Assembly: GCA_040905565.1 (NCBI GenBank)
Contig: JBBDRF010000017.1
Location: 1 to 10,546, forward strand
Direction of reading: 5' to 3'
DNA: 10,546 nucleotides
DNA from: Phycisphaeraceae bacterium
Lineage (GTDB): Bacteria > Planctomycetota > Phycisphaerae > Phycisphaerales > Zrk34
Every line of letters begins with the position of its first letter. The first letter of the stretch is position 1. The position numbers were made by a program, and so were the translations under genes. Positions 6,705 through 10,546 of the stretch are shown here, piece by piece. Under the pieces are notes generated by a model. It worked only from the letters and a program-made list of their open reading frames with translations, was not told where the DNA came from and made no database searches.

Positions 6705-6780
6705 AACTCGATCTTTTCGGCCTGTGGGCGAGTTGGAAATCAAGAACGCGAATTCGCCTTTCGGCCAGCTAAATCGAGTT
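6705..6780. promoter_or_regulatory. Tandem pair of spaced palindromes AAYTCG-N18-CGAGTT upstream of alpA
   Basis: Unit 1 at 6705-6734, unit 2 at 6751-6780 (46-bp period); both spacers contain TTTCGGCC. Confidence 0.55.
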
Positions 6781-6787
6781 CTGGCGC

Positions 6788-7741
6788 TTATTCCGCCGCC
6801 TTTTTCAGCTCATCTCGAATTTGCGGAGCTAGCAGGTCGGTTGCTTCTTTTAGCTTATCAAGTATTTGTTCCGCACCTAGCGCTTCTGAACAGCACATGC
6901 GAGCATCGGCTGAAATCCTAGCCGGCGCAATGTTCTTATTTTTGTATGGGTTATATTGGTATTTTTGTTTGGCTACGGCGACAAGAATTCGAAGAAGATT
7001 GGTGCGCTCTCGCTTGCTTCCGGACCTAGGATCCGGTTCTAGCTCCTGCACTAATCGACGAAGCTTTGCATTCTCGTCGAGCAGCTCTTGATAACTCGCC
7101 TCTCGGTGGTCTGGACGCAGCAACTTGTCGAGCTCCTTGGGGTACTCCACATCCGTTTCCTTTGCCCAATTCAAAAGATCAACAGGCTTAATCGGCTGCT
7201 TGATTCGCTCCACTGCCAAAGCCCTCTGGATGCGATCGAAGAGCTCATCGTACTCCTTGCGGAAGGGTGAATACTCGGGTGTCCGCTGAAGGGATTCCAG
7301 GTTAACAATCGCCGGGTCCTTTCCGAGCAGGAGCGATGTGGCCTCCTCCGCCGTCCAGAGAGGCATCCGCGCCCACTTCTGGAAATCGGCGCTTGCATCC
7401 GGCGAGTTGAAAAACCGACGAGCGTCGTCGGCTTGCGCTTTCGCCAGTTGACCCTGTCGATATTCTGCCCAAAGGGTTTCGCTGGGTTCACTCGCAAGCT
7501 TATCCTTGAAGTTCAAGGCATCATTCACCTGTTTCAGATCAGCTTCGGGTATTTCGTCAAGGTCGGCGAGACGGCGAATTGCCTGCTCAGTCGTGCACCC
7601 CTCTGCCTGATATCGTTCGACGACCTCGACCTCGTCTATGACGTCAGGGAAAGCCCGTTCCAGAACGAACATTATCTGTTCCTGCCGGTTCGGCCGTCCC
7701 CGGACTTCCGGTGTGAGTGTGCGCATTTTGTAAGTTCTCAT
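6788..7741 (-). CDS. Hypothetical protein (317 aa), possible DNA-binding regulator
   Basis: Long ORF whose ATG overlaps the integrase TGA (ATGA). Contains WARMPLWTAEEATSLLLGKDP, a coiled coil (ELLDENAKLRRLVQEL) and a C-terminal RERTNLLRILVAVA...YQYNP segment that I recall from proteins between int and alpA in similar islands. Confidence 0.8.
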   Translation of the reverse strand: MRTYKMRTLTPEVRGRPNRQEQIMFVLERAFPDVIDEVEVVERYQAEGCTTEQAIRRLADLDEIPEADLKQVNDALNFKDKLASEPSETLWAEYRQGQLAKAQADDARRFFNSPDASADFQKWARMPLWTAEEATSLLLGKDPAIVNLESLQRTPEYSPFRKEYDELFDRIQRALAVERIKQPIKPVDLLNWAKETDVEYPKELDKLLRPDHREASYQELLDENAKLRRLVQELEPDPRSGSKRERTNLLRILVAVAKQKYQYNPYKNKNIAPARISADARMCCSEALGAEQILDKLKEATDLLAPQIRDELKKAAE

Positions 7742-8919
7742 AAAGATCCGCCCTCAATGAACGTCGACCAGTCCAACATCAACTGCCGCCGCTTGTCGAA
7801 CAAATCGCCGCGCCGATACGCCGCCTCGGTCTTGCTCTTTATAGTGTGAGCAAGGGCCATCTCACACACTTCATGTGGATAGCTGGTGCACTCGGCTGCC
7901 CAATCGCGAAAGGCCGATCGGAAGCCATGAGCCGTCGCGGTCACCCCCATTCGCCGTAGGGCCATCAAGAAGACCATGTTCGACATCGGCTTGTCGATGT
8001 GGCGACCGGGGAATAGCAGGTTCCCATCAGCCGAGACCTCACGGGCGCGTTTCAGGATCTGCACGGACCGCGGAGACAGCGGCACCCGGTGAGGCCGTGA
8101 AATCTTGGTCCGCTCAGCAGGGATCGTCCAGGTGGCGCCGTCAAAATCGATCTCCGCCCATCGAGCGCCTAGGACCTCGTTGGTGCGCGTCGCGGTGAGG
8201 ATAAGGAACTCGAATGCAAGCTTTCCCGGTTCGCTGAATCGGCTGTCTCGAAGGCGGGTAACGAAGGCTGGCACGTCCTGGTAAGCAAGTGCAGCGTGAT
8301 GACCGGCCCTATCCGGCTGCTTCGGCAGGCCCAGAGAGACTCCCTCGACCGGATTGTCGCCGGATCGAAACCCCGCGGCCTTAGACCAGTCCAAAACAAC
8401 TCCGATCCGCTGCCGCACACGGCGCGCAGTCTCTGGCTTCGTCAACCAGATTGGGGACAACACCCGAAGCACGTCGGGCGTATCGATATGATCGACCCGT
8501 CGGCTGCCAAATACCGGGAATGCATATAGTGAGAGTGTGCTGAGCCACTGGGCCGCATGCTTGCTGTTGCGCCAGGCGCCAGATCGGTCACGGTGCACGC
8601 TCCGCGCAGCCTCCTCGAACGTGGGGACTAGCTGGCTAGCCTGGCGCTTTTCTGCGAGAGGATCGCCACCCTGGCGAGCGATCTTGCGGAACTCGACCGT
8701 TTTTTCCCTTGCCTCGCTCAAGGTGACGAGTTGCAAGCCGCCTAAGCCGATATCGCGCCTGCGGCCGTGCACAACCGTGCGCAGAACCCACCGCTTCGCC
8801 CCCGAAGGGTCAACAATGAGGTACAATCCATTGCCGTCAGCATATCGGCCGGGTTTGCTGAGAGCCCGAACGCCGACGGCTGAGAGGGCTTTCTCCGGAT
8901 GTCTTCCCCGAGGTTTCAT
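7738..8919 (-). CDS. P4-like tyrosine integrase with N-terminal arm-binding domain
   Basis: [21 protein letters not shown] arm domain; catalytic TATRTNE, HGFR, LAH, AAY. Start most likely ATG 8919 (393 aa) or 8928. Confidence 0.95.
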   Translation of the reverse strand: MKPRGRHPEKALSAVGVRALSKPGRYADGNGLYLIVDPSGAKRWVLRTVVHGRRRDIGLGGLQLVTLSEAREKTVEFRKIARQGGDPLAEKRQASQLVPTFEEAARSVHRDRSGAWRNSKHAAQWLSTLSLYAFPVFGSRRVDHIDTPDVLRVLSPIWLTKPETARRVRQRIGVVLDWSKAAGFRSGDNPVEGVSLGLPKQPDRAGHHAALAYQDVPAFVTRLRDSRFSEPGKLAFEFLILTATRTNEVLGARWAEIDFDGATWTIPAERTKISRPHRVPLSPRSVQILKRAREVSADGNLLFPGRHIDKPMSNMVFLMALRRMGVTATAHGFRSAFRDWAAECTSYPHEVCEMALAHTIKSKTEAAYRRGDLFDKRRQLMLDWSTFIEGGSL

Positions 8920-9059
8920 TCCATCCATACCACATTTCAGCCAACAATCTATCGTGGATGTGGTCGAATGGCAATGGACGCCAATGGCCATCGCATCGGC
9001 GTAAACCCTAGAGGCGTGGCCGATTTACGGACTGTACTGGATCGCTCTGGACTTGGGGG

Positions 9060-9149
9060 TGGCGGAGAGAGAGGGATTCGAACCCTCGATACGGTTTCCC
9101 GTATACACGCTTTCCAGGCGTGCGCCTTAAGCCACTCGGCCACCTCTCC
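9060..9149 (-). tRNA. tRNA-Ser (GGA), CCA encoded; integration target
   Basis: GGAGAGG acceptor stem, D arm, CACGC-CT-GGA-AA-GCGTG anticodon arm, long variable arm, GAGGG-TTCGAAT-CCCTC T arm, discriminator G + CCA; 90 nt. Confidence 0.98.
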
Positions 9150-9167
9150 GCTGGGGAACGACCCGGC

Positions 9168-9195
9168 AATATAGTGATCGCGGGGGCTGACGCAA
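9168..9195 (-). promoter_or_regulatory. Probable tRNA promoter
   Basis: Minus strand TTGCGT-N16-TATATT, 18 nt upstream of the mature tRNA 5' end. Confidence 0.5.
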
Positions 9196-9213
9196 CCGCC
9201 GGCGGCTTTCGCC

Positions 9214-9242
9214 CTTGCCGCGACGGTGCGGCGACGCCAGAT
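9214..9242 (+). promoter_or_regulatory. Possible RpoH-type promoter for msrA
   Basis: CTTGCC-N17-CCAGAT upstream of the AAGGAG RBS; loosely resembles alphaproteobacterial RpoH consensus. Confidence 0.3.
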
Positions 9243-9278
9243 TAGGGATACCGAATTGCCCTGTCCAAGGAGTCAAGC

Positions 9279-9938
9279 ATGGGTCTGTTCAGCCGCAAGC
9301 CGCAAGGCCTCGTCGATCCCGCCAGGGCGCTGCCGGGGCGGGATCACCCGATCGCGACCGCCAAACGCCATCTGGTGAGCGGGCGGGCGCTGCACGGGGA
9401 CTACCCGGCAGGTGCCGAGACGGCGTATTTCGCTCTGGGGTGCTACTGGGGTGCCGAACGGCTGTTCTGGCAGACGCCGGGCGTGTGGGTTACCGCCGTG
9501 GGCAACATGGGCGGGGTGACGCCCAACCCCACCTACGAGGAAGTCTGCAGCGGCCTCACTGGCCATGCCGAGACGGTCATGGTGGTCCATGAACCCGACG
9601 CGGTGTCCTACGACGACCTGCTCAAGGTGTTCTGGGAGGCCCACGACCCGACGCAGGGCATGCGCCAGGGCAACGATACCGGCACCCAGTACCGCTCGGC
9701 GATCTACTGGACGAGCGACGCCCAGCGCGACACGGCGGAACGCTCGCGCGACGCCTACCAGGCGGCGCTGAAGGCCCGCGGTCTCGGCCCCATCACCACC
9801 GAGATCAAGCCGGCAGGACCGTTCTATTTCGCCGAAGAGTACCATCAGCAGTATCTGGCCAAGAACCCCTTCGGCTATTGCGGGCTCGCCGGCACCGGGG
9901 TGTCGTGCCCGGTCGGCACGACGGTGCCCGCCGAATAG
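9279..9938 (+). CDS. msrA: Peptide methionine sulfoxide reductase A
   Basis: GCYWG active site (GCFWG variant), [60 protein letters not shown]. Confidence 0.97.
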   Translation: MGLFSRKPQGLVDPARALPGRDHPIATAKRHLVSGRALHGDYPAGAETAYFALGCYWGAERLFWQTPGVWVTAVGNMGGVTPNPTYEEVCSGLTGHAETVMVVHEPDAVSYDDLLKVFWEAHDPTQGMRQGNDTGTQYRSAIYWTSDAQRDTAERSRDAYQAALKARGLGPITTEIKPAGPFYFAEEYHQQYLAKNPFGYCGLAGTGVSCPVGTTVPAE

Positions 9939-9957
9939 CGACAGGCTCCGAGCGGGC

Positions 9958-9985
9958 GCCCTTCGACGAGCTCAGGACGAGGGGC
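9958..9985. repeat. REP-like short palindromic element / possible terminator between convergent genes
   Basis: GCCCTTCG...CGAGGGGC 8-bp stem. CCCTTCGACGAGCTCAGGACGAGG resembles the CCTTCGACAAGCTCAGGATGAGG-type interspersed repeat that I recall from alphaproteobacteria. Confidence 0.5.
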
Positions 9986-10012
9986 CGGGTTGCGCGGCCG
10001 GCGCGGAGCAGC

Positions 10013-10462
10013 CTAGTCGGCTTGCGACTTCTGCTTGAGGTAGGCGATGATGTGGGCCCGATTGGCAGGATCGGGCACGCCGCGGAAATACATGTTGGTG
10101 CCAGGGACCAGTCCCTGGGGATCCGTGATCAGCGCGTCCAGCGTCTCCTCGTCCCACACGATGCCGGAGGTGCGCATCTCGTAGGTGTAGCGATAATTGC
10201 TCACCGCACCGGCCTCGCGTCCGAAAACGTCCACGAGATGCGGACCGAACACCGTATGGGGCAGGTCGATGGCGTGGCAGATGCCGCAATGATTGTCGAA
10301 CAGAACCTCCCCCAGGCGGGGATCCCCGTCCTGGGCGCCGGCCGATCCGGCGGAAAAGGCGGTCGCAACGAGGACCGCAGCCAGCCTCGGGACGGGGGCG
10401 GACGGGAGCAGGTCGCGTAGCTTACCCATCGACGAGGATGATGTGGAGGCGGCGGGGACCAT
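10013..10462 (-). CDS. Class I cytochrome c (c2-like), start uncertain (10462 or 10429)
   Basis: Signal peptide ending AGA-QD, CGICH heme motif, FGPHLVDVFGR, WDEETLD, PGTNM axial Met. Confidence 0.92.
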   Translation of the reverse strand: MVPAASTSSSSMGKLRDLLPSAPVPRLAAVLVATAFSAGSAGAQDGDPRLGEVLFDNHCGICHAIDLPHTVFGPHLVDVFGREAGAVSNYRYTYEMRTSGIVWDEETLDALITDPQGLVPGTNMYFRGVPDPANRAHIIAYLKQKSQAD

Positions 10463-10546
10463 GGGCGCCGAGTTCGATCTTCTGTTCGATATCGCCGGTG
10501 CGCGACGGGCCGGTGATCATGTTGACGGTGCGCGGCATTTCCGCTT

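Larger units (their letters stand above)
1..9060. mobile_element. tRNA-Ser-anchored integrative element (genomic island / satellite-like); left boundary lies outside the window
   Basis: P4-type integrase directly downstream of the tRNA 3' end, then AlpA, a replication module, DUF927 and a second recombinase. Composition is visibly less GC-rich than the msrA/cytochrome c region. No second copy of the tRNA 3' end was seen in the window. Confidence 0.9.

Noticed and set aside
1..9059. Second att site or phage structural/conjugation genes
   Set aside because: No duplicate of the tRNA 3' end and no capsid, terminase or T4SS genes seen, so element size and mode of transfer cannot be determined from this window.
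8899..9174. ORFs 8899-9174 and 8949-9143, and the integrase extension to 8991
   Set aside because: They overlap the tRNA/att region; integrase similarity begins near ATG 8919.
9436..9452. GCYWG instead of GCFWG in MsrA
   Set aside because: Conservative aromatic substitution; all other catalytic motifs are intact.
9215..10420. Alternative-frame and antisense ORFs over msrA and cytochrome c
   Set aside because: Shadow ORFs of clear housekeeping genes.

Overview
Positions 1-9060 are the right-hand part of an integrative element (genomic island or phage-satellite-like) inserted at the 3' end of a minus-strand tRNA-Ser(GGA) gene (9060-9149). The host looks like a GC-rich alphaproteobacterium; msrA and a class I cytochrome c follow the tRNA. 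Reading leftwards on the minus strand, the element carries a P4-type tyrosine integrase, a translationally coupled 317-aa hypothetical protein, an AlpA-type regulator/excisionase, a 283-aa protein with all motifs of an HUH rolling-circle initiator, a 47-bp imperfect palindrome and a primase-less DUF927 helicase-like ATPase. The HUH + palindrome + DUF927 block is the most unusual feature and may be an undescribed replication module. A ~1.7-kb 'graveyard' follows, with four gene remnants the ORF track does not resolve: an amber-interrupted gene resembling the N-terminal domain of TIR-like proteins, an inverted DUF927 paralog fragment, a pRiA4b ORF-3 fragment bracketed by 12-bp direct repeats, and a recombinase fragment. 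The left end is an operon behind a near-consensus sigma70 promoter: a 188-aa hypothetical protein, a catalytic-domain-only tyrosine recombinase, a DUF3768 protein and a gene that runs off the window. Family calls rest on motif recognition by eye; no searches were run.
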